From: Octopus vulgaris
Lineage: Eukaryota
Assembly: GCA_951406725.2 (NCBI GenBank)
Contig: OX597819.1
Location: 113,646,001-113,710,000 of the forward strand
Length of the DNA: 64,000 bases
Reading direction: 5' to 3'
Positions 13,151 to 63,860 of this stretch are shown piece after piece; the first letter of the stretch is position 1; each line of letters starts with the position of its first letter. The notes beneath the pieces were generated by a model. It saw only the letters and a list, made by a program, of their open reading frames with translations, made no database searches and had not been told where the DNA came from. The position numbers and the translations under genes are program-made.

Positions 13151-15625
13151 TGCTGTATATACTTAATCTTATCTTTTTATTTTGTTTATTCCCCCTAGAC
13201 ACTCTCTCCATGTTCAGTATCTCATTTGTTAGTATGCCTTCTTCCTGTTAATTTACCTTGCGGAGGACATTGATAATGACATAATGTTGGGTAAACAGTA
13301 TGTCAGGATGTACTAAAGTTTATTATGAGGAAAACAGGAACATTGTATTATAAAATAAATATCATTTGTTTGAAAGGCTGTGTAGATGATTTATAAACAG
13401 AATATGCTAGAACATTACTTGTGCGTATGTGTTAGTGCTGAGATAGCATTTTTGTGAATAGGTTTGTAACTCTTTATTTGCCTGCCTATAATAAGCATAC
13501 ATATAACCATGGTTAAACCACAAGGCTCTCAGGAGAATAGACAGAGTAACTTGAATAGTTTCGCCTTTCATTACCTGCTCATTAGAGGTGTTTATTTCTT
13601 TTGAATTACAGGTGTATAGGAATGTGGTAGTGGTTTTCCTTTTTAGGTAGGTAGGTCTTTTATTGGTATGCAAGTAGATAGATGACACATAACTTACAGC
13701 CATTTATGAAAAATGCAATGTTCTTAACTCTGTTCTGGAAAGAGAGCCCAGTAGTTTCGTCATGAGATCAAATCTCAGAATATAGTGCGAGAAGTAACTA
13801 AATGCTTCAAGAAAATGATTTCAACATTTTATCATTCCTGCCTCACCAACACTGACAGTTCAAGCCAGATATTAATCATAATAACCTCATTCAGTCATAT
13901 TGAGATGATCAGAAAAGGCAGCGGGCAAAACCTCTTCTGAACTGAATTGTTAATTAATGTGGTTGTTAAACTCCTTGTCAGAATGTCTTTGTAAAATTTA
14001 CATCAACACTATATACCTCTACATACACAATATATACATCTACACTACAACGCCTGCATATGCACTTTATATAGCCACACAACAACATTAAATTTATATT
14101 ATTCACACATCCGGCACTTTATGTTCAGAGTTCTAATCCCACTGAAGTCAAGTTAACTTTTTATCCTCTTAGGGATCAATAACATAAGTACCAGTTAAGC
14201 ACTGGAGTGAATGCAGTCAACTTCCATCCACCCCCTAAACTTGCTGGCTTTGTGCTGAAATTTGAGACTTGTTTACATCAATTCTACAATATCTACTTTC
14301 ACACTACACTATTTACATCAGCACAATATTTACATTCAAACTACCATGATTCCATCAACACTATAAGTGTTGATGTAAATTTTACAAAGACATTCTGACA
14401 AGGAGTTCAACAACCACATTAATTAACAATTCAGTTCAGTCTTTAAACTCTTCCACCATTTCCATTAGTTTTCAGTGCCCCAAGCATGTACTGTTTGACC
14501 TGGAACATAGTAAACAATATGTTGCTAATAGCAACCAGATGGGAAAGTTCCTTTACTTTACACCCGTTTTGTTTCCATTCATAAATTGGAATGATGTCAA
14601 CAGCTGAAGGGTTCCACATGAACAGCCATGACAAACAAGATACGGCCTTTAGCCCCAGGTCAGCACTGATTTAACAGGCTTATGATCAAGTGTTTTAGCC
14701 ATGACCATCTCAAAGGTTTTTTTTGTCTTTTTCATACATTGTACTATATTACATTGTTTTTTTTTTCCTTTTATTAACAGTTGGTAGGCTGTGATTTGAG
14801 AGAGGTTTGATGATTATTTCTAGCAAACCAGGTGACCTCTCAAAGCTCACTTATTGACCTATGTTTCTTGTGTCGAGTGAAAAAGCTATTTGATGTTTAT
14901 TATATTGAATGTTGTGTGTGCGCAGTAGTAGTGCATGTGGCGAGGTGGTAGTGTATGTTTGTGTGTGTAGTGGTGTGTGTAATGATAGTATGTATTTGTA
15001 GAAATATACTCCATACCACCCCATGTGTGTGTATGTATGTATCCATGGTGGTAGTAGTGTGTATGTGTAGCATTGATGAAAGTATGTATGTGTGTTTGTA
15101 TCTACAAACAGTGCTGAAATATTGAAAATTGCTCTGGACATGTTTAGAACTGCACATTGTTTAGGTGTAAAAATAAGTGCATTTTTATGTTTGCACTGCT
15201 CTGACTGTTATTTCACAAATGGCTGATGGTGTTTGGTCTTTTAACTCCATTGTTTTAACTGGACTCTCTGCCTCTCTTTCTCACTTTTTCTCCTATTTTT
15301 CATTCTCCATCTTTCTAATTTACCCTCTGTATAACAACTTGTCTCTCTAATAATCTTCATCTCCACTTTCTTTCTCCTAACATTTTATTTAATAATTTTT
15401 CCCCTCAATCTATCTTTATCCACCCATTTCTCGCTCTCTCACATATCATTGTTGAGCATTGGTAACCAAATTCTTTTAATACTGAGTACTTTGATATTTT
15501 CCAGGATTTTTAAAATCCCTTTTCTTTCTTCTAATATTTACACACACACACACACACACGCACTTCATTTTTGGATTTGGTTTGCAAGATTCTTTATGTG
15601 AGTTTGTGTGTTGAAGCATATTTTG

Positions 15626-15815
15626 TTTGGAGAGAGTCATTCTCTTTTGGTGCCTTATTATTTAACACTCACCAGTAAACTTTCCACTCATATACTTATT
15701 TATCTTTCTAAAATTTTCGTTGCATCTTGCAATGGAAATTTTAGAAAAATGAGTGGAAGCTTTACCAGCGAGTGTGTTAAATAATAAGGCACTAAAAGAG
15801 AATGATTTTCCCCAG
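15626..15815. mobile_element. Fold-back MITE-like element (long inverted arms)
   Basis: tcattctcttttggtgccttattatttaacac...ttccactcat...tttctaaaattt pairs with aaattttagaaa.atgagtggaa...gtgttaaataataaggcactaaaagagaatga. Confidence 0.8.
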
Positions 15816-17058
15816 ACACAACAATATATATATATAAAACACACATTCAGTGGGTTGCACTGAAAGTCATGCAAAGGGGGCCTAACATTTTTATTAACGG
15901 ACACGTCATTCAGATTGTACATGTTGGTGGTTATCTTCTACTATAATCAACATAGTTTTCATCATGAGCAATTGCATTTGCACCATCCTTGAACCCAACT
16001 CTTACATTCCCTTAGGAAAAACATTAAGGTGTGGTCTGTTGTCTACTTTTTCACAGCCACTTCCAACTCATTTTTGTCATCAAGTCATTGTTCTCCAAGA
16101 CTGTCCATTTGCTCAAACAGATGAAAGTTGTAGGGTACCAGATCTGAGCTGTGTGGTAAACTGGGGACTGACTACTGATCAGCCCAATTTTCCAGTTGCT
16201 TCATTCATTGCCAAAGATGTGTAACACATTGTCATGGTGAATGTTGATCATCTTTAGACTCTTGTTTGGTTTCTTCCTTCTAAAGATTTGTCTCAATGTA
16301 TCACTTATTGTATGCATTATACCCATGTTCTAGAAAATCAAGGAAAATGATACCTTTGTCATCCCTCAAAACTTTCATCATGACTCTGTGTTGATTGCTG
16401 GCTCTTTTTAGTCTTTACAGAAAAGGTGTGGTGTTCTTCCAAGGACTGAGCTTTTATTTCCAGATTGTGTTTCATACCCTACACCAGATTGGTGGTTGGT
16501 GGGGGGGGGGCTTCATATTGTTGCTATTATGCAAAAGTGTCGTAAGTCCAAAATGTTGCTTTTTCAGAAACCAGAAAAATAGTTTCACCATTCCATAGCA
16601 AAACCATTGTATTACACTTTGACAATTTTTGGCACCTTGGAATCTGTAGCAGCTGGAAATACGATAGTTTGACCAAAAGAACCGGCTGTTGCCAGCAAAA
16701 ATAAATACTGAAAATAACGCATTTGGCCAAATTTGGACATACGACAGTTTAACATAATAGCAACAATATATATCCATATATGGCAGGCTTCTTTCAGTTT
16801 CCATCTACCAAATCACAACACTTTGGTTGGCCTGAGGTTATAGCAGAAGATACTTACTGAAGATGCTTACACAATGGGACTGAACCCAGAAATATGTGGA
16901 TGGGAAGCAAGCTTCTTACCTACACTTTTAATGACAGATAAAGGTATATTAAGTAACATACAAGATAAATTCTTAATTTATTGGAATTATCTTTGCTTGG
17001 TACCAATTCTAAAGGAAAAGGAGAAAATCTCAGTTCTCCAAAACTGTCATGTCATTTC

Positions 17059-17501
17059 TCTCTTACTCTTTTATTCTTTTATTTGTTTTGGTCATTTGAC
17101 TGCAGCCATGCTGGAGCACCGCCTTCAGTTGAGCAAATCGACCCCAGAACTTATTCTTTGTAAACCTAGTACTTATTCTATCAGTCTCTTTTTGCTGAAC
17201 CAGTAAGTTACGGAGATGTAAACACACCAACATCGGTTGTCAAGCGATGGTGGTGGGGAGGACAAACAAAGACACACAAACATAAACTCACACATATATA
17301 TGTATATATATATATATACACACACACACACATATATACAACAGGCTTCTTTCAGTTTCCGTCTACCAAATTCACTCACAAGGCTTTGGTCAGCCCGAGG
17401 CTATAGTAGAAGACACTTGCCCAAGGTGCCATGCAGTGGGACTGAACCTGGAACCATGTGGTTGGTAAGCAAGCTGCTTACCACACAGCCACTCCTGCGC
17501 C
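17059..17501 (-). mobile_element. SINE family A copy
   Basis: Near-identical to 4748-5210. Confidence 0.85.
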
Positions 17502-17597
17502 TATTTGTTTAAATTTGTTTAATTTTTTTTTTACATTGTATACAAAGAGATTTAAATGGAAATATGAACTTCATTTCAATACACACACACACACACA

Positions 17598-17630
<33 letters not shown>

Positions 17631-17835
17631 TCTCTCCCTCCCTTCAGAAGACATCCTGTTTCTATTGTGGCTGTAACCAGTAACATTTTTTGTGCATTTC
17701 TCTTTTGTCTTTGCATCTATTACAGGAGAGTGTAACTATTATAAAAATGAATGAAAGTGCTAATAGAGGATTATCCAAGATTCTGACTGTCTCCTTTTAC
17801 TCAATATACAATATCTGTACACTACTTCAAACACA

Positions 17836-17908
<73 letters not shown>

Positions 17909-18831
17909 TACTGGGCTGGTTTGTTTGACTAAAACAATTCAAGGTAGTGCTCTAGCATGGCCAGAGTCCAATGACTGAAATGAGAAAAGATAGACATAGT
18001 CACATGCAAAGTTTGTTATTCTAGATCTACCTGTGTTTGTCTATCTGTCTAGCTTTGTTTGTTTCTCTCTCTCTTTCTCCATCTATCTGTCTATCTTTCT
18101 ATTTATCTGTCTGCTTCCCTCTGTCTCTGTCTCTCTCTCATAGTTTTCTAGATCTGAACCCATAGACACACTGACACATATGCATACAGATGTATACAAA
18201 CAGGTTTGTATGTGCCTCTGCACTTAAAAACTCACACACAGTCAGTCTTGCACACACACACACACACATACAGAGTCAGTCTCACACACAAACAGAGTCA
18301 GTCTCGCACACTGGTGTGATAACATTCTCTCTCAGCAACAGCTGTTTCTCCAGCCTGTGCTAATAAGTAACATAGTATATATATTAGTCATAGGGTGCTA
18401 ATGCTTTGTTAATTGCTGGATGCAGTGAATTTGGTAGGGTCTGAAGCCAAAAGTCACAGCTGTTTACAGTGTTACAGTGTAGAGAAGCTGGAGAAATACA
18501 GCTGTCGTTTGATGGTTCATTTTCTGTCGCTCTAGGGTGGTTTTCTTTTTTGTCGATGCAAGGAATAACAGCTAAATCTACTTCATATCACACAGCACTG
18601 TCTTCATTAAAAGACACATTGGACAAACTTTACTTTGGTTCAGCCATGAATAGTCGTGACTGAAACATCTTTGATCATAAATATTTGATTAGGGCTGACC
18701 TGTAACTAAATAGTAGTAGTCTATAGCCAAGATACTAAACTCGCTATTGTATAGTCTAACTGGCTGTAAATAACTGAGTTTTTAAACAGTTCCTTACTGT
18801 AAACAGTAGTGTGTGTGTGTGTGTGTGTGTG

Positions 18832-19254
18832 TTGGGTCATTCTATAAATAATATGGTCTTTTTATACTTTTATTTTTCAAAATTATAATAGTTCTTTTTT
18901 AAATCTAAAATATACTCTTTTATTTTCTACAATAATCTTCCATCTATCTGATAGACTTGCAAGGCCCCCTCCTCCAAAATTCACTTGTCCATGATGGAAA
19001 ATACTTCTCCAGTACTGTTCTGATCCGATACAAAATTCATATTTTTTCTGTCTAAATTGATATTGAAGACTGCAGAATAAGTAATTGGATGGAGCAATGT
19101 GCAGTGAATATAGTAAGTGGGGCATCATTTCTCATTCAAACTGCTCCAGCCTTTGGAATATAATCTTCCCTGTATGTGGTTGAGCATTATCCTAGTGGAA
19201 GAACACCTTTCATCTTGAAACCAAAGATGGTCGTTTTTCTTCTAGCACTGACTT
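18832..19254 (-). mobile_element. Mariner transposase C-terminal relic with terminal repeat
   Basis: Minus strand H*DNAQPHT...PHLLYSLHIAPSNYLFCSLQ, a degenerate HDNA / HPPYSPDLAPSDY. TIR-like ttgggtcattctataaataat at the left end. Confidence 0.8.
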
Positions 19255-19669
19255 TTGTGATCCTTTCTAACAATTCATGTAAGAGTCCGACGGGCCCTAT
19301 CTGAATGTTTTGATTTTCTTCCAGACTTTTGTTTTGACGGGGAGGTTTTTCCTTCTTTCTCAAAGGCTATCATTACTTTCGAGACAGTACTTCTTGATAT
19401 ACCAAACATTTCAGCTGTTTTCATTATGCTAGCATCTGCCATATGAGCACCAACAATTTGACCTCTTTGAAAGTCAGATTGATCTGTCATTTTAATGAAC
19501 TTTAATTACGTTTTTCTTCTGATATCAGAAAAGGAACAACAATTTTAGTAAAACATATTAAGGAACACTAATAATAAATAAAAAAAAAACATAAAAATAA
19601 ATAAGTCTTTGACAATTTTAAAGATATTTCAAAATTACGATGCTATGTGTTTCCATTATTGTGTCCAAC

Positions 19670-19673
<4 letters not shown>
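19255..19673 (-). mobile_element. Tc1 transposon 5' relic (HTH transposase N-terminus plus TIR)
   Basis: ORF 19275-19490 MTDQSDFQRGQIVGAHMADASIMKTAEMFGISRSTVSKV...SGRK. Minus-strand end aggggttggacacaataatggaaac abuts a (TA)n run. Confidence 0.85.
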
Positions 19674-19716
<43 letters not shown>

Positions 19717-20248
19717 GGATGTACATACATATGTACAATGAGTGCTTTTGTTAGCTTACAGTACTGAACTCGAATCCATGCCTTTAATAGGGTTTTGAGT
19801 GGGATAGTGATTAAGTCCTGCTAGACTGATTTGCTCTACATCATACAAACAATGCTGCCATGAATCTGTTGTCACAGTAAGTAAAAGCTCCATTGTATAT
19901 TTCATCATTTCCTTCATTAGCTTACAGTGCTGAGCTGGAATCCATTCCCTGAGTATGGTTGGCCATGCCATATACTACAGCTCCAGATACTACAATTACA
20001 AATTAAGTCTTTAGCAGTTCCCTCATCACTTGGCTTCACATGCTACAGATAACGACATATATCTACAAAAAGACAAACATTTTAGCAATTCTCCTATAAC
20101 ACTGTTCATTAGTATTGTATTACTGGAGGATCAATGCAATGTATTATTATAACAGTTACTATCATAAATCTAGTTACACAGTAAGCAAAGGTTTTCTTTG
20201 GACAAGTCATCTGCAGTATGAAATATCAAATTACACTTCATTGATGTA

Positions 20249-20650
20249 CTCTTTTACTTGTTTCAGTCATTTGACTGCGGCCATGCTGGAGCACCGCCTT
20301 TAATCGAGCAACTCGACCCCGGGACTTATTCTTTTGTAAGCCTAGTACTTATTCTATCGGTCTCTTTTACCGAACCGCTAAGTAACGGGGACATAAACAC
20401 ACCAGCATCGGTTGTCAAGCAATGCTAGGGGAACAAACACAGACACGCAAACACACACATGCATATATATATATATATACATATATACGATGGGCTTCTT
20501 TCAGTTTCCATCGACCAAATCCACTCACAAGGCTTTGGTCGGCCCAAGGCTATAGTAGAAGACACTTGCCCAAGGTGCCACGCAGGGGGACTGAACCTGG
20601 AATCATGTGGCTGGAAAACAAGCTTCTTACCACACAGCCACACCTGCGCC
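20249..20650 (-). mobile_element. SINE family A copy
   Basis: Near-identical to 22077-22481. Confidence 0.85.
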
Positions 20651-22076
20651 TATGTATGTACACCATCAAAGGATTGTACCTTCTTTATATAGATATACCA
20701 AAGAGTTGTTTGATGTCATTGTGACATAATGTTTAAAACTTGAAATCTGACAAAAATAGTTTGATATTGAAAAGCAATTTCATGGTAAGGAAAGAAAGGC
20801 AATAATGATATAGTTATTATAGTAATTACAAATGAATTTGGGAAATGAAGAAAATCAGTATCTTGTTCATTTAGTCCTTGGACATAACTGAAGCAATTTC
20901 ATTTAGCAATAACAGTCAGTCTTTAAAATTACATCCTACTGTCTTCATCAGAAGGGACATTACATTGAACAGTGTCATCTTAATTGTACAAAATTACAGG
21001 ACAGTCATAGCTGGGACACAATTGATCAGGGGGTCTGATCAATTTGATCTAGGATTAAGCAACGCTTACAAAAAACAGGATACATGACATATTTGTTTTT
21101 ATAATTTTGGTATTAGGAAGGGCATCCAGTCATAGAAACCATGCCAAATCAGATTAGAGTCTGATGCAGCCCCTCAGCTTACCAACCTTGGCCAAACCGT
21201 CCTACCCATACCAGCTTGGACAACAGACATTAAATGATGATGGTAATGATAATAAAATCAAAGTAAATATATTGAATGTATATATTAATCTAGGGATACA
21301 TGTGTACAGTATTTTATTTACATATTGCAGTTTATGTTTTATATTTTGAACATTTGCTAACTTTTCAAGGATTTTGGTTTTTAACCGAACAATATTCAGT
21401 GAGAATTAATTTTAGTTTTTACACAAGTTTAACCAGTTTCTTTTTAATGCTAAAAATGGAGAATGTCTTCAATAAATTCTCATTCTTGAGATTCTGCTAT
21501 AATCTGGCATACTAAACTTAAACTCATTGACGTACTACATTTACAGTTGTTTAAATTTTTACTCAGCAACAGTGACATATCTGATTAAAGAACAAAAAAA
21601 TATTGATGTTTGATGAACTTAAAGCAATTTTACAAATATGTAAAGCATTGTATAAAGTGTGGATTCAACTTCATGTATTTTGGTATAAAAACTCTCCAAA
21701 CTAAAATTATATTATCAGCCTATAGTTTTTTGAGATAGCTTAACATCACATTTTCTAAATTCTAAAATATTTCATACATCTTTTTTTATTTTTTTCATTT
21801 AATGAATATCTTTCCATATTTCCTGCCTTATTCATAATCTTTGAGTTTTATCACCTTTATTTTGGCATTTCATAATGCTTCTACTCTTGAGAAAGTCGCT
21901 TAGATATGGATATCGTAGATATTTATCCTTAGGCTTTATTCTCCTTGTGAAGTAAGGGTTTCCCCTTAATGTGGTATGACTTTAAGCAAGCATTATGGTT
22001 TTTAGAGGTCTTTTGGACCATACACACCCCACTCTACCACATAGTTACAGATTGTCTCTGTCCTCAGCACCTTCCT

Positions 22077-22481
22077 ATTCTCTTTTACTCTTTACTCTTT
22101 TACTTGTTTCAGTCATTTGACTGCGGCCATGCTGGAGCACCGCCTTCAGCCGAGCAACTCGACCCCGGGACTTATTCTTTGTAAGCCCAGTACTTATTCT
22201 ATCGGTCTCTTTTGCCAAACCGCTAAGTGACGGGGACATAAACACACCAGCATCGGTTGTCAAGCAATGCTAGGGGGACAAACACACGCACACACACACA
22301 TATATATATACATATATAGGACGGGCTTCTTTCAGTTTCCGTCTACCAAATCCATTCACAAGGCTTTGGTCGGCCCAAGGCTATAGTAGAAGACACTTGC
22401 CCAAGGTGCCACGCAGTGGGACTGAACCCGGAACCATGTGGTTGGTAAGCAAGCTACTTCCCACACAGCCACTCCTGCGCC
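22077..22481 (-). mobile_element. SINE family A copy
   Basis: Full-length and CpG-rich, so probably young. Confidence 0.85.
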
Positions 22482-24880
22482 TATTCTGTACTATAGATGT
22501 GAAATCAAACCAAGGGTTGACGTCTATATCCTTAGCTTTCACTTATGTTCTTTTCTCCCCATATACTGCTACATTAACCTGTGGACAGGCATATGATACA
22601 CCAGCCAAGCTTGTCTGTTCACATGATTCTCTAGTTTTAGTGACCAGTCACCAGGTCTCGATATGCCCTTTCGCTCATCAGTCATAGTTCCCTCTAACTC
22701 CACTTATGATGACATAGAAATTTTCTGTTATTTGCAACACAGAAGCATAATTACTTTCCTCTCAACCTTTCTTAGCTAAATTGCTTGAGCAAGAAGGTAC
22801 TATCTTTCTCATAACCTCTCCCATGCTCTCTCCTTTTCCTGGAGCTAGCTCATATCGAGGACCTCCTTATTACAATATTTTCAAAAGATGAAATGTGGCT
22901 GCTGTTGTGATTATTGTTGCAGTTTAGGCTATTTATACTTCCCCGTCTAAATGTTTACAAGATTCTAGTCTGATTTTGTTTAAAAATAATTGTGGGTCAT
23001 ATACTTTTCTTTTGTTTTTTCTTTTTTAGTCAAATCTAATTTTGTTTAAAAATAATTGAAGTGGGGAATGTTTGCTTATCGAGGCTATTGCTATCCTCAT
23101 TACAGTGAGCATCTCTCACTGCTACTTCTGAGGTGGCCATCTTGCAGTGTGAGTAAATATTGCAAATGGCTGATGTCAAATGTATACACTTAAATGAAAT
23201 GTCAATTCGAAGATTTTTCTACTCCAAGGAAATGGAATGAATTTCTAATTAACCCAAAAGTCTTTGTCATAGTCCAGAATCAGAAATGAAACAAAATAGC
23301 CTTTTTTTTTCCCCAATAACTAATCATAGTATAACTTATTTTCTTGAACTCTGTGAAACAGGAATTCATGGCAAACATCATTTCCATTGAGAGGTAGATG
23401 AAGGGATGCAAAGAAAAAATACAAAAACAGTAGGGGTTATATATAATTGAGTTTGAGAAAACAGGCATGAAAAAATAACAGCATAAAAGGAAATGAATAT
23501 GGTTATGGGAAAACAAGCACCTGGGGTCACTCAAGGAACTTTACAGATCCCAGTTTGCCTTTATTGCCTTCCCCAGTTGTATTCACTGGCTTACAGGCAT
23601 ATGCTGAAAATATGTCCATTCATCTGGGCCATACTTACCACTCTCACCTACTCAAGTAGGTGATGGTTGTGGTGAGATGGGGAATACTTGATTAAATCGA
23701 GCCCAATATATGACTCTTACTTATGGTTAGTTAGGGATGATTTGGGGTTAAGCTCTAACAACATAATGATGATTTCTAAAGTAGGCTCAAGCCCTCAAAT
23801 TTTGAGTGAAATCCAATATTCTAATGTTTTGGACATTACACCTTTATTCAAGGTGATTAATTATAATTACCTTAAGCTAAAACTCAGTTTAAAATGGAGC
23901 AGAAATAAGGAAGTATTTTTGCAGGTGGAAGAAATAGCTAATGTAATAATGTTTAGGTTGAGACCTTCACTTTGTCCCTTCATTTTCCTGAACTAACTTG
24001 GAAGCCCCAATGTGGTTGTTTGATCTACCAGAAATAGCAACCAAATCTCCCTCAAATCCTGTCCTGGTTGTTGTAAAAGAATGAAAGGATGTATTAGATT
24101 ATGTAGTCCTAAAAAGACAGACTTCATGATTGGAAGGTCTTAGTCAGGGTTGAATTGTTTTGTTTCTAGGTACAACTTATTTATTTATTATTATTATTAT
24201 CATTATTATTATTATTATTGCTTGTTTCCACTTTTTCAAGATCAGTGACTTTTTGTCATTGGAGAAAGTATATATATATTTGCACTAAGAATCATTTCCC
24301 ATTGCCAACCGGTGGTTGTCACATGCTGATGATGGGTCAATACTCAGAAACTCGTGTCCATGTGTATCATGTCAGGCTGGAGATGGGAAAGATGACTTCC
24401 CTTTGCAAATACTGATAAGGCACATATAGTGTTTCAATAGCCAGCTGGAGATGTTTTCCTGAGGTTACAAGCTACAGGAGCATCAACCCTTAAGGGTTAG
24501 TCACATTTAGGTGGCAAATATACTTCACAACATCTCCATTGTCTTCCACATTTTGTTTGGGTCAATCTGGTCTGGACTGGTCAATGATCAAAGATGCTTT
24601 TGCCATGACTGTCATATCTTTTTTGTGTCTTCAGGATTACATAATCCAGTGTATCTTTTTTGTGATAGTAGGGTGTGATTTAAATGAGACTTGGCTGCTA
24701 ATCTTAGATAGCCAAGAGACCAGGTAAATGCAACCTCATTTTGCTACATGTTACCAGTCGTGATTCTCACCTGCAGCAGATGTGTCTATGAAACTTTAAT
24801 GATTATTGGAAAAATAAATATAGATTGATCTAGAAACATATGATCTGTTGACACTCTCTGTCGGAAAATCAATACAGCTG

Positions 24881-24882
<2 letters not shown>

Positions 24883-24935
<53 letters not shown>

Positions 24936-25016
24936 ATCTCTCTCTCTCTCTCTTTCTTTCTTTCTCTCTCTCTTTCTATCTTTCTCTCTCTCTCTCTATT
25001 TCTCTCTCTCTCTTTC

Positions 25017-25085
<69 letters not shown>

Positions 25086-25110
25086 TTCTCCCTCGCTTTC
25101 TCTCTCTCTT
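24883..25110. repeat. (CT)n / CTTT polypyrimidine microsatellite
   Basis: ~230 bp of nearly pure pyrimidines on the + strand. Confidence 0.95.
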
Positions 25111-26236
25111 GTCTATCTGTCTATTTTATTTTTAATTGTATAAATCAAAGATCTGCAGCTAGTTAAGTCAATATTTCCTAATGATGAGTCAAGGGTTTAT
25201 TTCCCACCCCTAACACTGCACTGTGCCTATAACAAAGCCATTGATTTTTGCTGGTTCTAGCTAGATGCTATGAGATATGCACATCACACCACTGCCAACA
25301 GTGCGAGTAACATGCAGTTAACAAGTACTTTTTGATAGCTTTGTGTCACTGAGTTTAAGTCCTGTTGTGATATGAGAGAAGGCAGTGTGATGCTGCTCTG
25401 GGCCAGACACCACCTCCCCAATGATCTTGGTTAATCTTATTAATCTTACAATCAAATCTGAGAACACTTGGTTTTGATTACTGACTGCAAGTGATGGCTA
25501 GTTAGTATGGAAACAGCCCAGCATATGGTTAGACATCATATAGAGAGACCTCTACCACAGACTGATTCTGACCATGAAAATGCTGATGTATTGAGACAAA
25601 AATGAGTGGAAGGTTGAGTAGATTACATATTGTAGATGCTGGGTTATCAACTCATGGATTGTAATTTCATATTCCCCACCAGACAAGACGGGTTTTTTTT
25701 CTAGGAAAATTGCTTAATTTGTTGTTTAAACCCAGGTCAGAGCCTTAATCAAGCAAATGTTATCAAAGACACACCAGTCATGAAATGTTATCAAATACAT
25801 ACCGGTCGTGAATACCCTTTTTTTTTTAATTATATCTAGACTACATTTTCAAATGCATCTTTCATTTCTTACAATAGTAGTGTGATTTGAGGGGAGATTT
25901 AACTGCTGCTTCTTGTAGGCTGAGCAACTTTAGTAGTCCTCTAATTTTATTGTGTGTGTATTTGCAGGTGATAGCATAAAGAATTTTTTCTTTTTAATCC
26001 CCTTAGGGTTAGGTTTAAGCTTCAGTTACAAGGTGTGATGCAAACAAAAGATAAATTAATCCGGTTATCCCTCCCTTTGAACCAGGTTCAACACTGGTTC
26101 ATTTCAGGCAACATTCCTAGATGTTATCTAGGTTAACTGAGACTAGTCCAATGCATCATAGATCTCATACCAGTTTCATTGAACATTCTAGTTGTTTGAT
26201 CAACAAAACCCCTTGAATATTTCTCAAACACTTGGT

Positions 26237-26596
26237 ATCCTTAAAGACAACTTTGGCCCTCTAAATAACATATCACTCAAACCAATGGATCCTTAAAGAC
26301 AACTTTGGCCCTCTAAATAACATATCACTCAAACCAATGGATCCTTAAAGACAACTTTGGCCCTCTAAATAACATATCACTCAAACCAATGGATCCTTAA
26401 AGACAACTTTGGCCCTCTAAATAACATATCACTCAAACCAATGGATCCTTAAAGACAACTTTGGCCCTCTAAATAACATATCACTCAAACCAATGGATCC
26501 TTAAAGACAACTTTGGCCCTTTAAATAACATATCACTCAAACTAATGGATCCTTAAAGACAACTTTGGCCCTTTAAATAACATATCACTCAAACCA
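26237..26596. repeat. 52-bp minisatellite, ~7 near-identical copies
   Basis: Unit atccttaaagacaactttggccctctaaataacatatcactcaaaccaatgg at 26237, 26289, 26341, 26393, 26445, 26497, 26549. Confidence 0.97.
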
Positions 26597-26812
26597 GTGG
26601 GTTTCCAAACCAGTTTCTGTTAAGGCTTTGGTTAACTTGGAAATCGGGTAAGTGCTGAGTGTTGCTCCACTTCCTCTGATTTCATAAAAATTAAAATTTC
26701 CACTTATGTCTTGTACTAACTCAGTTGACTATATTGTTTTCCTTTTCTAATTTTTGGCCTTGTTTCAATGCCTAGCAAAATATAAAAAAATTTTTTTTTC
26801 TGTTCTTTCTAG

Positions 26813-27033
26813 GTTTCACCGTCCCTAAAACTACAAAATGCGAATTCCGAATGCAATAGAAACTTGATCCCTTCCATGATGGATACCCAGCAGATATGGA
26901 AGAATTGTTAACCAGAAAGTGAAAAATAAACGGAAAAGATAATTTTATACATGCATCCACAGAAGTACACAGACACTTAACACACACACACACGCACACA
27001 CATACACACACACGCACACACATACACACACAT
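26813..27033 (+). promoter_or_regulatory. TTLL5: Putative 5' UTR part of first coding exon, with several uORFs and a (CA)n tract
   Basis: Acceptor tttttttttctgttctttctag ends at 26812. uATGs at 26838, 26851, 26876, 26879, 26896 and 26951 each hit an in-frame stop before 27034. Confidence 0.6.

Positions 27034-63860
<36,827 letters not shown>

Noticed and set aside
17237-17512. Recurrent ORF 'LTRLWSARGYSRRHLPKVP..GTEPGTMWL' suggesting a gene family
   Set aside because: It is the antisense translation of SINE family A copies.
26003-26019. Telomeric TTAGGG seed
   Set aside because: Only one exact unit plus degenerate ones, which is expected by chance.
26237-26596. CRISPR-like array
   Set aside because: The units are contiguous with no unique spacers, there are no cas genes, and the context is eukaryotic; it is a minisatellite.
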